DNA from: Candidatus Limnocylindrales bacterium
GTDB lineage: Bacteria; Chloroflexota; Limnocylindria; Limnocylindrales; CSP1-4
Length of the DNA: 64,000 nucleotides
Direction: 5' to 3'
NCBI GenBank assembly: GCA_025450915.1
Contig: JANWLH010000124.1
Coordinates: forward strand, 356 to 64,355
Within the stretch, counting starts at the first letter, position 1. Each line of letters opens with the position of its first letter. The position numbers and the translations under genes were made by a program. Positions 44,969 through 53,973 of the stretch are shown piece by piece. The notes under the pieces were generated by a model, which was not told where the DNA came from, made no database searches, and saw only the letters and a list, made by a program, of their open reading frames with translations.

Positions 44969-45898
44969 TCAGTATTCCGGGGGCCGGCGCCCGGCGATGA
45001 CGTCCTGCTGGATCCGCAGGATCTCGGCCGGGACCAGGCAGCTGGCAACGATCTCCTTGATGACCTCGTTGCCGGCCCGGCCGACGACGGCCGCCTCGAG
45101 GTTCGCACCGGCGAGGTGGGCCTGGACGCGCGGCGAGAGCGGGCGATGAGCGAGGCCCGGCGGGAAGCGCATCAGGGCGTCCTCGGTGTCGAGGATCGCC
45201 GCGTCAATCGTGCCATCCTCCATCGCCCGGACGGCCCGGAGGTAGTTGAGCGGGATGAGCTCGACGTCGACCTCCGCGAACTCGAGCTCGGTGAGCCGCT
45301 CGAAGTCGCGCGACGACGGGTCGATCCCGACCCGCATCCGGCGCCCCGAGACCGGCTGCTCGCCGACGAAGAAGACACGATGCTCGTGGACATAGGAGCC
45401 CGGCGGCAGGGTCAGCAGGATGTCATAGGCCGGCCCGGTCAGCTCGAACGCCGCGAGTCGCGACAGGACCGCGAGGTGACAGCGCTCCTGGGCGAGGGCC
45501 GCGATCCGCGGCCGCGAGCCACGGATGAACACCATGTAGGCCTCGACACCGCGGGCCGTGAGCGATGCCTTGATGGCCGTCGCAAGCCCGTTGATCCGCT
45601 CGGTCGACGGCAGGGGCAGGGCGACCAGCAACGGTCCCTGGTGAACTGCGGCGAAGAGGCCGCCGATGTTCTTGTGGAGGAGGATCGCGCCGCGGCCGGG
45701 CCGGCTGTCGATCTCGACGGTGCCCTCGTCGACCAGCCGGGCAATGGCCATCTGGGTGGCGCCGACGCTCGAGCCGAACCGGCCGGCGAGCTGCCGGATC
45801 GGCGGCAGGGGCGCGCCCTCCTCGGTCCGGATGAGGATCAGGGCCACGTCCCGGCGGAGGCGATCGGCGCGCCGCGGCCGGACACCGCTCTGGATCAC
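44969..45898 (-). CDS. Winged-helix (GntR-like) regulator with periplasmic-binding-protein-like effector domain, YhfZ-like
   Basis: 309-aa ORF. The N-terminal HTH-like segment PIRQLAGRFGSSVGATQMAIARLVDEGTVEIDSRPGRG is followed by LLVALPLPSTERINGLATAIKASL, which resembles E. coli YhfZ as I recall it. Confidence 0.65.
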   Translation of the reverse strand: MIQSGVRPRRADRLRRDVALILIRTEEGAPLPPIRQLAGRFGSSVGATQMAIARLVDEGTVEIDSRPGRGAILLHKNIGGLFAAVHQGPLLVALPLPSTERINGLATAIKASLTARGVEAYMVFIRGSRPRIAALAQERCHLAVLSRLAAFELTGPAYDILLTLPPGSYVHEHRVFFVGEQPVSGRRMRVGIDPSSRDFERLTELEFAEVDVELIPLNYLRAVRAMEDGTIDAAILDTEDALMRFPPGLAHRPLSPRVQAHLAGANLEAAVVGRAGNEVIKEIVASCLVPAEILRIQQDVIAGRRPPEY

Positions 45899-45976
45899 TG
45901 CGGGATCACGGCTGGCGGCACGGGCTCATGGTTCCTGATTGTCGGAGATACGACGCACCTTCATTGGGCACCGGCG

Positions 45977-46753
45977 TCAGATCGCCGACTGACCACCGTC
46001 GATGACCAGGGCCGTCCCGACGCAGTACGACGCCTCGTCCGAGGCCAGCCACAGGATCGCCGCGGCACACTCCTCGGCCGTTCCGGCCCGGCCGATCGGG
46101 ACCTGGTCGCTCCAGTACTTGAGCTGGACGGGGTCGCGCATCACGAAGTCGTTCATCGGCGTGTCGATGAAGCCCGGGATGACCATGTTGACCCGGATGT
46201 TGAGCCGCGCGAAGTCGTTGGCCATCACCCGCATCATCGCGAAGATGCCGCCCTTGCTCGCGCTGTACGCCGGCTCGTTGGCCGCCATCCCGAGGTTGCC
46301 GACATTCGAACCGAGGCAGACGATCGCGCCGCCGCCGGCCGACTGGAGATGGCGCAGGCCGTGCTTGCAGGTCAGGAACTGGCCGGTCAGGTTCGTCGTG
46401 ATCAGCCGGTTCCAGGCCTCGAGGCTGATCCGATCGAGGCGGTCATCCTGCTCGGGCAGCTCCACGGCCGCGTTCGAGACGATGATGTCGAGCCCGCCCC
46501 AGGCGCCGGCGGCCTCTTCGATTGCGGCCGCGATCTGGTCCTCGATCGTGCAGTCCGCCGGCAGGACGAGGCACTCGCCGCCGGCCGCCCGGATGGCCTC
46601 GGCCACGGCGTCGAGCCCGGGCCGGCGGCGGGCAATGAGCGCGACCCGGGCGCCCTCGGCGGCGAAGCGCAGGGCTGTTGCCCGGCCGATCCCACTGCTC
46701 GCACCGGTTACGACGGCGCGCCGGCCGGCGAAGCGATTGGCGATGGCGGCCAT
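45977..46753 (-). CDS. SDR-family oxidoreductase
   Basis: 258-aa ORF. Motifs TGASSGIGRA, NAAV and YSASKGG. The start lies 1 nt after the stop of the upstream tandem-VOC gene. Confidence 0.9.
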   Translation of the reverse strand: MAAIANRFAGRRAVVTGASSGIGRATALRFAAEGARVALIARRRPGLDAVAEAIRAAGGECLVLPADCTIEDQIAAAIEEAAGAWGGLDIIVSNAAVELPEQDDRLDRISLEAWNRLITTNLTGQFLTCKHGLRHLQSAGGGAIVCLGSNVGNLGMAANEPAYSASKGGIFAMMRVMANDFARLNIRVNMVIPGFIDTPMNDFVMRDPVQLKYWSDQVPIGRAGTAEECAAAILWLASDEASYCVGTALVIDGGQSAI

Positions 46754-46754
46754 C

Positions 46755-47801
46755 TCAGGGATAGACGCTGATCGGGTCCATGAAGTCGATCGCGTGCCCG
46801 CTCCCCGACTCGATCAGGCACTTGAATGCCGGCTCCGTGTCGAGGTAGTACCACTCGATGTGGTCCCCGATATGGCCGACGGCGAGGACCCCGATGCCGA
46901 GCGCGGCGAACTGGGCCTTGACCGCCTCGGACTCCTCCCGCGTCTTGAACATCACGGCGATCGAACCGATCCCCTCGCCCTTCCTGTCGAGGTGATCCTG
47001 GAAGGGGCTCTCGCCACCCAGCGGCTGGATCAGCTCGAAGTTCATGTCGCCGACGATCGTCTCGGCCCAGCGGACGTTGAAGTAGCCCGGCTTGCCGCGG
47101 TATTCGCAGTCGTGCATGACGACCTTGCCATCGGACTGGTAGACCTTCCAGGGCCCCCAGCCGAAGGCCTCGTGGTAGGCGCGCATCCGGGTGTCGAGGT
47201 CGCGCACGACCAGCGAGACCTGGCTGATCCGATAGTCGAGGTCGGCCGGCTTCGTCGAGGGCGGGGTCTCGGGCCGCGGAAACGAGTAGGCCGGCTTCAC
47301 GAAGTCGATCGCGTGGCCGCTGCCGGATTCGATCAGGCAGCCGAAGCGCTCCTGGGTGTCGAGGTAGTAGTACTCGATGTGGTCGCCGATGTTGGCCTTC
47401 ATCGTGACATCGATCCCGAGGCGCTCCTTGAAGGCCGCCTTGACCGCGTCGCCTTCGGCCTTCTCCTTGAACATGACGGCGATCGAGGCAATGCCCTCGC
47501 CGCGCTCGGCGATGAACTCGGACCACAGGTTCGGGCCCTCGGTCGGCTCGAGCAGCTCGAAGTTCATGTCGCCGACGTAGACCTCGGCGCCGCGCAGGGC
47601 GTAGTGCTCGGGCCTGCCCCGCAGCTCGGTGTCGTGATGAGCAGGTGGCTTGTGGTCGAAGACGTTCCAGGGACCCCAGCCGAAGACCTTGTAGTAGGCC
47701 TCCATCGTCTTGTCGAGGTCGCGCACCGCCAGGGAGATCTGGGTGATCGGATACTGGAGCCCGGCAAAGCCGGCCGGCAGCTTCGGGGCCTCGACGCTCA
47801 T
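46755..47801 (-). CDS. Tandem (duplicated) VOC/glyoxalase-fold protein, 348 aa
   Basis: ATG 47801 is preceded by GGGAGG. Two ~170-aa halves repeat the same blocks: I(T/S)Q(I/V)SL(A/V)VRDLD, FGWGPW, VGDMNFEL(L/I)(E/Q)P, GEGI(A/G)SIAVMFK, IGDHIE(Y/W)YYLDT, CLIESGSGHAIDF. Confidence 0.85.
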   Translation of the reverse strand: MSVEAPKLPAGFAGLQYPITQISLAVRDLDKTMEAYYKVFGWGPWNVFDHKPPAHHDTELRGRPEHYALRGAEVYVGDMNFELLEPTEGPNLWSEFIAERGEGIASIAVMFKEKAEGDAVKAAFKERLGIDVTMKANIGDHIEYYYLDTQERFGCLIESGSGHAIDFVKPAYSFPRPETPPSTKPADLDYRISQVSLVVRDLDTRMRAYHEAFGWGPWKVYQSDGKVVMHDCEYRGKPGYFNVRWAETIVGDMNFELIQPLGGESPFQDHLDRKGEGIGSIAVMFKTREESEAVKAQFAALGIGVLAVGHIGDHIEWYYLDTEPAFKCLIESGSGHAIDFMDPISVYP

Positions 47802-47853
47802 CGCTCGGATGCCTCCCTGGGGCAACGGGGTCTGCCTGACGCGAACCTGCCAG

Positions 47854-47872
47854 TGTTCGGCATTAATGAACA
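47854..47872. promoter_or_regulatory. Inverted-repeat site TGTTCG-N7-TGAACA, candidate operator (site b)
   Basis: TGTTCGgcattaaTGAACA lies in the 261-bp divergent region between the tandem-VOC operon and the second CUT1 operon. Confidence 0.35.
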
Positions 47873-47969
47873 TCTACCACCGGCAACGGACGCCTGTCAA
47901 GCCACCTGCGGCCGTCCAGATCGCAGCCGCGGGAGTCCTTGACAACCGGGCGGGCGATCTCCGAGACTG

Positions 47970-47988
47970 TGTTCACGTCTTGTGAACA
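47970..47988. promoter_or_regulatory. Inverted-repeat site TGTTCA-N7-TGAACA, candidate operator (site c), just downstream of TTGACA (47939-47944)
   Basis: TGTTCAcgtcttgTGAACA has perfect 6-bp arms (7 bp counting the adjoining spacer bases). It is preceded by -35-like TTGACA and a weak -10-like GAGACT (47963-47968), upstream of the binding-protein gene at 48063. Confidence 0.4.
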
Positions 47989-48062
47989 GCTGGGATCGGG
48001 GCACCGATCCGCGCTCGACCGGCTCACGGCTGGCGCGACGTACCGAGGAGGAGGCCGGTTCG

Positions 48063-49481
48063 ATGGACAAGCAGATGGAACGGCAGACCGAGGAGCTTGC
48101 GAACGCCTACCTGGCCCGCCAGATGTCGCGCCGAACCTTCGTCACGCGACTGCTGGCCCTGGGCATCGCCCCCGCCGCCGTTGGCGCGATCGTCGCCGCG
48201 TGCAGCTCCGCGGCGACGACGGTTCCCAGCGTGCCTCCGGCGCCCTCGAGCGGCGGCTCGTCGCCCGCGGCTAGCCTTGGCCCTCAGCCAAGCCCCAGCG
48301 CCGCCGACCTGAAGGGCAACGTCCGCTTCCTCATCGGCCCCTGGTCGAGCGACGAAGTGGCCCACCACCAGCACATCGCCCAGGGCTTCAACGCGATCTA
48401 TCCGAACGTCACGTTCGATTTCCGGCTGTACCAATGGGACACCGCCAGCCAGGAGATCAACACCTCCCTGACCGAGGGCGCCCACGACATCTACATGACG
48501 ACGGAGAGCTCGTATCCCGACTACGAGAGCAAGACCGGCTTCAGCGACCTCACCTCGAAGATCACCGACCCGTCGTTCGCCGGCGAGCTGGCCAAGTACC
48601 AGTACATGGACCGGATCAAATCGTACGGGCCGAAGATCCTCGGGTTGCCGATCAGCTTCCATGTCGAGGACGCCATGTTCGTCAACATGGACATGGTCCA
48701 GGCCGCCGGCTTCGACGAGCATTTCATCGACTCGTACCCAACGTTCCTCGACTGCGTCACGAAGATGACGAAGAAGGGCCAGACGTACGGGATGGGCATC
48801 GGGATCCAGCTCGGTGGCTACGCCGAGTGGTACCAGCGCCTGCGTGCCGCGGGCGGGTCGTACCTGACGCCGGACCTGAAGTCGCCCAACGTCAACCTGC
48901 CGGCCGTCGTCGAGGTCACCGACCAGATGGCCAGCCTGTTCAAGCTGGGGATCGCGCCACCCCTCGGGACGTACACCTACGACGCGGCCCCGGCGGCATT
49001 CGCGGCCGGCAAGATGGCGATCTATTCGTCCGACCTTGCCTCGACCACGGCGTTGCCAGCGTCGGTTCCGTTTACCTGGAAGCTCCTGCCCTACCCGCCC
49101 GGACCGGTCTCGCAGGTCAACTTCAACGACCTCAGCATCTACATGATCAACTCGAAGACGGCCGACCAGGACCTGGCCTGGGAGGTCGTCAAGTGGTGGA
49201 CGAACGGCAGCAGCGACGCCTACTGGGCGGACAACTCCGGGACGTACCCGGCCCGGAGCGATGCCGCCACGCTCGGCTACGGCACGAACAGCGCACCCCA
49301 GCTCGCCGAGGCCCTGCCGCTCTTCCAGGCGCACGCCGTGGGCCTCGAGAACTTCCCCCAGTGGAGTGACGTCGAGAACCTGGCCGAGGCCGAGATCCAG
49401 AACTGCTACGCGGGCAAGGAAACGGCCGCCCAGGCCGTGGCCAACGTCGAGAAGATCGTCAAGCAGGAAGTCGGCATCTGA
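48063..49481 (+). CDS. CUT1-type sugar ABC substrate-binding lipoprotein, Tat signal
   Basis: ATG 48063 is preceded by GGAGGAGG. Twin-arginine SRRTFVTRLL plus lipobox VAAC. It is a family-1 solute-binding protein. Confidence 0.88.
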   Translation: MDKQMERQTEELANAYLARQMSRRTFVTRLLALGIAPAAVGAIVAACSSAATTVPSVPPAPSSGGSSPAASLGPQPSPSAADLKGNVRFLIGPWSSDEVAHHQHIAQGFNAIYPNVTFDFRLYQWDTASQEINTSLTEGAHDIYMTTESSYPDYESKTGFSDLTSKITDPSFAGELAKYQYMDRIKSYGPKILGLPISFHVEDAMFVNMDMVQAAGFDEHFIDSYPTFLDCVTKMTKKGQTYGMGIGIQLGGYAEWYQRLRAAGGSYLTPDLKSPNVNLPAVVEVTDQMASLFKLGIAPPLGTYTYDAAPAAFAAGKMAIYSSDLASTTALPASVPFTWKLLPYPPGPVSQVNFNDLSIYMINSKTADQDLAWEVVKWWTNGSSDAYWADNSGTYPARSDAATLGYGTNSAPQLAEALPLFQAHAVGLENFPQWSDVENLAEAEIQNCYAGKETAAQAVANVEKIVKQEVGI

Positions 49482-49524
49482 GGGCGGCTCGAGCAGCCAA
49501 GCCAGGTAGCATTCGAACCACTCG

Positions 49525-50481
49525 ATGGCGCTTGGAACAGACGTAGTCGGAGACGGCCGCACGCGTCGCATGCGGCTGTCCCCGGGCCAGCATCGCCAGC
49601 TCCGCCGTCAGGCTCGCCTCAAGCGCGAGCTGACGGCGTGGTTGTTCCTCGGCCCGATGTTCGTGTTCTTCGTGGTCTTCCTCGTCGTGCCGGTCGTCGG
49701 GACCGTCTGGTGGAGCACCCAGGCCGGCGGCATCGTCGGGGGCACGACGAACGTCGGCCTCCAGAACTTCCAGCGCCTGCCCGACCTCGTCGGCGCGACG
49801 ACGGCGATCCAGAACACGCTGATCTTCGCCCTGCTCTCGATCCCGCCGATCCTGATCGGGGCGCTGGCGATCTCGCTGGTCCTGGCCCGGATCGGACGCG
49901 GCGCGGCCGCCTATCGCTTCTTCGTGTACTTCCCGGTCCTCGTGCCGGGCGTGGTGGCCGGGCTGATCTGGCTGTTCCTGACCAATGTCGACTTCGGCCT
50001 GTTCGACAACGTCCTGCGGGCGTTCGGGGTCCAGCCGGTGACCTGGCTCGGTTCGGATACGGCCCTGGGCGTCCTGGCGGCGCTCGATGTCTGGCGGAAC
50101 GTGGGCTACTGGGCGATCTTCTTCGTGGCCGCGATCATCGGCCTGCCGGAGGAGCTCTACCAGGCCGCCAACCTCGACGGCGCATCGACCGCCAAGCGGT
50201 TCTGGTATCTCACCCTGCCGCTCATGCGCCGGATCCTGTTCTTCGCGATCGTCGTCTCGACGATCTGGGGCCTGCAGGTCTTCGATACGGCCCTCGTGCT
50301 GACCAACGGCGGCCCAGGGACGGCCACGACGACGATCATCTTCCGGGTCTGGCAATACGTCTTCGGGACGAACGACAAGGTCGGCTTCGCGGCGGCGATC
50401 TCGCTCGTCCTGATCGCGGCGATCCTGACCCTCACCCTGACCCAGATGCGGCTGCTCCGCTCGCGCCGGGGTGACGACTGA
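49525..50481 (+). CDS. CUT1 sugar ABC permease (MalF/UgpA-like)
   Basis: 318-aa ORF with EAA loop YQAANLDGASTAKRFWYLTLP. The start is ATG 49525 or ATG 49570 (uncertain). Confidence 0.85.
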   Translation: MALGTDVVGDGRTRRMRLSPGQHRQLRRQARLKRELTAWLFLGPMFVFFVVFLVVPVVGTVWWSTQAGGIVGGTTNVGLQNFQRLPDLVGATTAIQNTLIFALLSIPPILIGALAISLVLARIGRGAAAYRFFVYFPVLVPGVVAGLIWLFLTNVDFGLFDNVLRAFGVQPVTWLGSDTALGVLAALDVWRNVGYWAIFFVAAIIGLPEELYQAANLDGASTAKRFWYLTLPLMRRILFFAIVVSTIWGLQVFDTALVLTNGGPGTATTTIIFRVWQYVFGTNDKVGFAAAISLVLIAAILTLTLTQMRLLRSRRGDD

Positions 50482-51380
50482 TGAGCGCCGCCGTCGAGCC
50501 GCGCCATGGCGCCCCGGCTGCCCTCGCGGCGATCGCCGCCGAGCATGCACGGAGCCGCCGCGGGCGCCGCCTGCGCGGGCTTGGCAAGCACGCGATCCTG
50601 ATCGTGGTGACCCTGCTGCTCGTCGCCCCGTTCTACTACGTGGTCCTGGCCTCGTTCAAGAACAGCACCGAGATCTTCACCTACCCGCCCAAGCTCCTGC
50701 CGATCCCGCCGTTCCTGGGCAACTACCAGAAGCTGCTCGGCAGCACCGGCTTCCTGCGCTGGATGTTCAACACGCTGCTCGTTGCGGGCACGGTCACCCT
50801 GGTCAAGGTGTTCATGGACTCGATGGCCGGCTATGCCCTGGCCAAGCTCCAGCTCACCGGCAAGCGGCTGATCTTCCTGTCGATGCTGATCCTGCTGATG
50901 GTCCCGCTCGGGGCGCTCATCGTGCCGCTGTGGGCCCTGGTCAACGCGATGGGCCTGACGAACACGTACTTGGCCCTGATCCTGCCGCCCCTCGCCAACC
51001 CGCTGGGCGTCTTCCTGATGCGCCAGTTCATCCTGGGCCTGCCCAAGGACCTCGAGAACGCGGCCCGCCTCGACGGCGTCAGCGAGTTCGGGATCTACCG
51101 GCGGATCATCCTGCCGCTGATCAAGCCCGGCCTGGTGGTCCTGGCCGTGATCATCTTCACCGACCAGTTCATGAGCTTCATCTGGCCGCTGATCGCGACC
51201 TCGAGCGACGACCTCCAGGTGCTCACGGTGGGCGTCGCCGCCCTGCGCTCCCACGGTGGCGCCGATTACGGCCTGTGGTCGGCGGCCGCGGTGATGTCAC
51301 TGGTCCCGATCGGCGTCTTCTTCTTCGTCCTCCAACGCCAATTCCTGGCTCGATCCCTTGCCGGAGCATTGAAACAATGA
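50481..51380 (+). CDS. CUT1 sugar ABC permease (MalG/UgpE-like)
   Basis: ATG 50481 overlaps the preceding stop (TGATG). The EAA loop is ENAARLDGVSEFGIYRRIILP. Confidence 0.88.
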   Translation: MSAAVEPRHGAPAALAAIAAEHARSRRGRRLRGLGKHAILIVVTLLLVAPFYYVVLASFKNSTEIFTYPPKLLPIPPFLGNYQKLLGSTGFLRWMFNTLLVAGTVTLVKVFMDSMAGYALAKLQLTGKRLIFLSMLILLMVPLGALIVPLWALVNAMGLTNTYLALILPPLANPLGVFLMRQFILGLPKDLENAARLDGVSEFGIYRRIILPLIKPGLVVLAVIIFTDQFMSFIWPLIATSSDDLQVLTVGVAALRSHGGADYGLWSAAAVMSLVPIGVFFFVLQRQFLARSLAGALKQ

Positions 51381-52513
51381 CCACGACCGCTTCGACCACC
51401 GACTCGGCGACGGGCACCCAGTACGCGATCGAGATCCTCGGGGTGACCAAGCGCTACGGCAAGATCACCGCGCTCGGCGGCGTCGACCTCGACATCGAGC
51501 CCGGCGAGTTCGTCGTCCTGCTCGGGCCGTCGGGCTGCGGCAAGAGCACCCTGCTCAAGATCATCGCCGGCCTCGAGGACCTCACCGAAGGCGAGGTGTA
51601 CATCGGCGGCAAGCTCGCCAACTACCTCAAGCCCAGTGCCCGGGACGTGGCGATGGTCTTCCAGAACTACGCCCTCTACCCGCACATGACCGTGCGCGCG
51701 AACATCGGCTTCCCGCTCAAGATGGCCGGCCGGCCGAAGGGCGAGATCGAGCAGCAGGTGGCCTTCGCCTCGGGCCTCCTGCAGATCGGCAGCGAGCTCG
51801 ACAAGTACCCGGACGAGCTGTCCGGCGGCCAACGCCAGCGGGTGGCGCTCGGCCGGGCGATCGTCCGCCAGCCGCTCGCCTTCCTGATGGACGAGCCGCT
51901 CTCGAACCTCGACGCGCTCCTGCGCGTGCAGATGCGCTCGGAACTCCTGCGCCTCCACAAGCGCGTCGGCCGGACAACCGTCTACGTGACCCATGACCAG
52001 ATCGAGGCGATGACCATGGCCGACCGGGTCGTCGTGATGCGCAACGGCCTGATCCAGCAGATCGGGCCGCCCGACGAGGTCTACCGACGGCCCGCGAACC
52101 GCTTCGTCGCGTCGTTCGTCGGCAGCCCGCCGATGAACATCCTCGATGGCCGGATCGAGACAGCCGACGGCCGGCGGCGATTCGCGGGACCGATCCCGGT
52201 CGAGATCCCGGGCCTGGCCGGCGCCACGTTGGATGACGGACCGGCCGCGATCGGGATCAGGTCCGAGGAGCTGGTCCTGACCGGCGTGGGGACCGCGGGC
52301 TCGTTTCCGGCGGTCATCGAGCTCGTCGAGCCGGTCGGCGCCGATATCTTCCTGACCGCGACGGTCGAGGGCGGCGCGATCATCACGATCCGGGTCGACG
52401 CCGAGACGAACGTCGCCGAGGGCGAGAACGTCCAGGTCTCGATCGCGCCCGGTGCGATCCGGGTCTTCGATGGAGCCGGCGACCGGGTCCGCCTCACGAG
52501 CGACGCGGCATGA
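51377..52513 (+). CDS. Sugar ABC transporter ATP-binding protein (MalK/UgpC/MsiK-like)
   Basis: ATG 51377 overlaps the preceding stop (ATGA). Walker A GPSGCGKST, VFQNYALYPHMTV, LSGGQRQRVALGRA, LMDEPLSNLD, and a C-terminal regulatory (TOBE-like) domain. Confidence 0.93.
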   Translation: MTTTASTTDSATGTQYAIEILGVTKRYGKITALGGVDLDIEPGEFVVLLGPSGCGKSTLLKIIAGLEDLTEGEVYIGGKLANYLKPSARDVAMVFQNYALYPHMTVRANIGFPLKMAGRPKGEIEQQVAFASGLLQIGSELDKYPDELSGGQRQRVALGRAIVRQPLAFLMDEPLSNLDALLRVQMRSELLRLHKRVGRTTVYVTHDQIEAMTMADRVVVMRNGLIQQIGPPDEVYRRPANRFVASFVGSPPMNILDGRIETADGRRRFAGPIPVEIPGLAGATLDDGPAAIGIRSEELVLTGVGTAGSFPAVIELVEPVGADIFLTATVEGGAIITIRVDAETNVAEGENVQVSIAPGAIRVFDGAGDRVRLTSDAA

Positions 52514-53790
52514 CCGGCCAGGACGCCGCGCTGCCACCCGTGCCGGCGCCGGCCGCCTACCCGCTCCGGGTCTCGCCAGACCGCCGCCGCCTCCTGGACG
52601 CGAACGGGCGGCCATTCCTGATGCAGGGCGACGCGGCCTGGTCGCTGATCGCCAATACGACGCTCGAGGGCACGACCCGCTACCTCGACGAGCGCCGGGC
52701 GCTGGGCTTCAACACGATCATGGTCAGCATCATCGAGTACCTCTTCTCGGCCGATCCGCCACGGGACCTCGCCGGCAACGAGCCGTTCCTGACCCCGGCT
52801 GACTTCACGACCCCCAACCCTGCCTACATGGATCACGCCGAGCGGGTCCTCGAGCTGATCGCCGAGCGCGATTTCCTCGTCCTGCTCGCGCCGGCCTACC
52901 TCGGCTACCCCAATCCCCACTACCCGGGCTTCGGCAATCGCTCCGAGGGTTGGTACGACGAGGTCGTGGCCAACGGCATCGAGGGCAATCGGAGCTGGGG
53001 CGAGTACCTGGGGCGGCGCTTCGACCACTTCGACAACATCATGTGGATGATGGGCGGCGACCGGAACCCGGGGCTCGCCGCCGAGCCGTTGAACGCCCTT
53101 GCTCACGCCCTGCGCAGCACCGGGATCACGACTCCGTTCACCGCCCATGTCCATCCCGAGGACTCGCCGCTCGAGACGTTTCCCGGCGCCGACTGGCTCG
53201 ACGTCAACCCGACGTACACGTACGGGATCGTCCATCGCAAGCTGATCGACGACTGGAACCGGGAGCCGGTCACGCCGTTCTACCTGATCGAGTCGACCTA
53301 CGAAGGTGAGCACGACGCCTCGGAGCTCCAGATCCGCCGCCAGGCGTGGTGGTCGGTCCTGTGCGGGGCGAACGGGCACCTGATCGGGAACAAGCCGATG
53401 TGGCTCTTCGGCGACGGCTGGCAGGACCAGCTGCGCAGCCCGGCCTCGATCGCCATGGCCCGCTGGGGCGACTTCTTCCGGGCCCTGCCGTGGACGGACC
53501 TTGAGCCCGACGAGGCCCATGCCTTCGCCACTGCCGGCCTGGGCGAGGCCCGCGGCCTCGATCGGGTGACGGCCGCCGTGACGAAGGATGGCAAGCTGGC
53601 CGTCGCCTATCTGCCGGTCCGCCGCCCGTTGACGATCGATCCGGCTCCGCTCGGCGGCGGCCGGCTGGCGGTCGAGTGGTTCGAGCCCGCGACCGGCCAG
53701 CGGGTCACGGGCGAGCCGGTCAGCGGCCCGGGCACGGTCATCCTGGCACCGCCCTTTGCCGAGGACTCCGTCCTGACCGTGCGGTCCTGA
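52510..53790 (+). CDS. DUF4038 / glycoside hydrolase family 140-like TIM-barrel protein (apiosidase-like), apparently cytoplasmic
   Basis: ATG 52510 overlaps the preceding stop (ATGA). Blocks NGRPFLMQGDAAWSL, GFNTIMV, IMWMMGGD and YLIESTYEGEH, plus a C-terminal beta-sandwich-like tail. There is no N-terminal hydrophobic signal. Family call is by recollection. Confidence 0.75.
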   Translation: MTGQDAALPPVPAPAAYPLRVSPDRRRLLDANGRPFLMQGDAAWSLIANTTLEGTTRYLDERRALGFNTIMVSIIEYLFSADPPRDLAGNEPFLTPADFTTPNPAYMDHAERVLELIAERDFLVLLAPAYLGYPNPHYPGFGNRSEGWYDEVVANGIEGNRSWGEYLGRRFDHFDNIMWMMGGDRNPGLAAEPLNALAHALRSTGITTPFTAHVHPEDSPLETFPGADWLDVNPTYTYGIVHRKLIDDWNREPVTPFYLIESTYEGEHDASELQIRRQAWWSVLCGANGHLIGNKPMWLFGDGWQDQLRSPASIAMARWGDFFRALPWTDLEPDEAHAFATAGLGEARGLDRVTAAVTKDGKLAVAYLPVRRPLTIDPAPLGGGRLAVEWFEPATGQRVTGEPVSGPGTVILAPPFAEDSVLTVRS

Positions 53791-53925
53791 CGTTCCGGAT
53801 CCGCCTGACGCTCGCAGGGACGATTCACGAGAATCGATCCGACCAGGGCGGCGAGAACCGAGGCACCAACGGGACGGCGAGCCGCGCGTGCGGTCGGCCG
53901 CTCGCCAAAAGGCGAGATGCGTCGA

Positions 53926-53973
53926 GCCTATGGTCTGAGACTCGCCGTCCAGCGTCGGCAGCCGACCATAGGC
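53926..53973. repeat. Perfect 10-bp inverted repeat (GCCTATGGTC ... GACCATAGGC) with 28-nt spacer
   Basis: Read directly at 53926-53935 and 53964-53973, inside the 541-bp unassigned spacer between two convergent operons. Confidence 0.6.

Noticed and set aside
44684-47942. Two very long plus-strand ORFs (695 aa and 646 aa) across the regulator, SDR and tandem-VOC genes
   Set aside because: They are antisense to four motif-bearing minus-strand genes, with shadow-frame composition.
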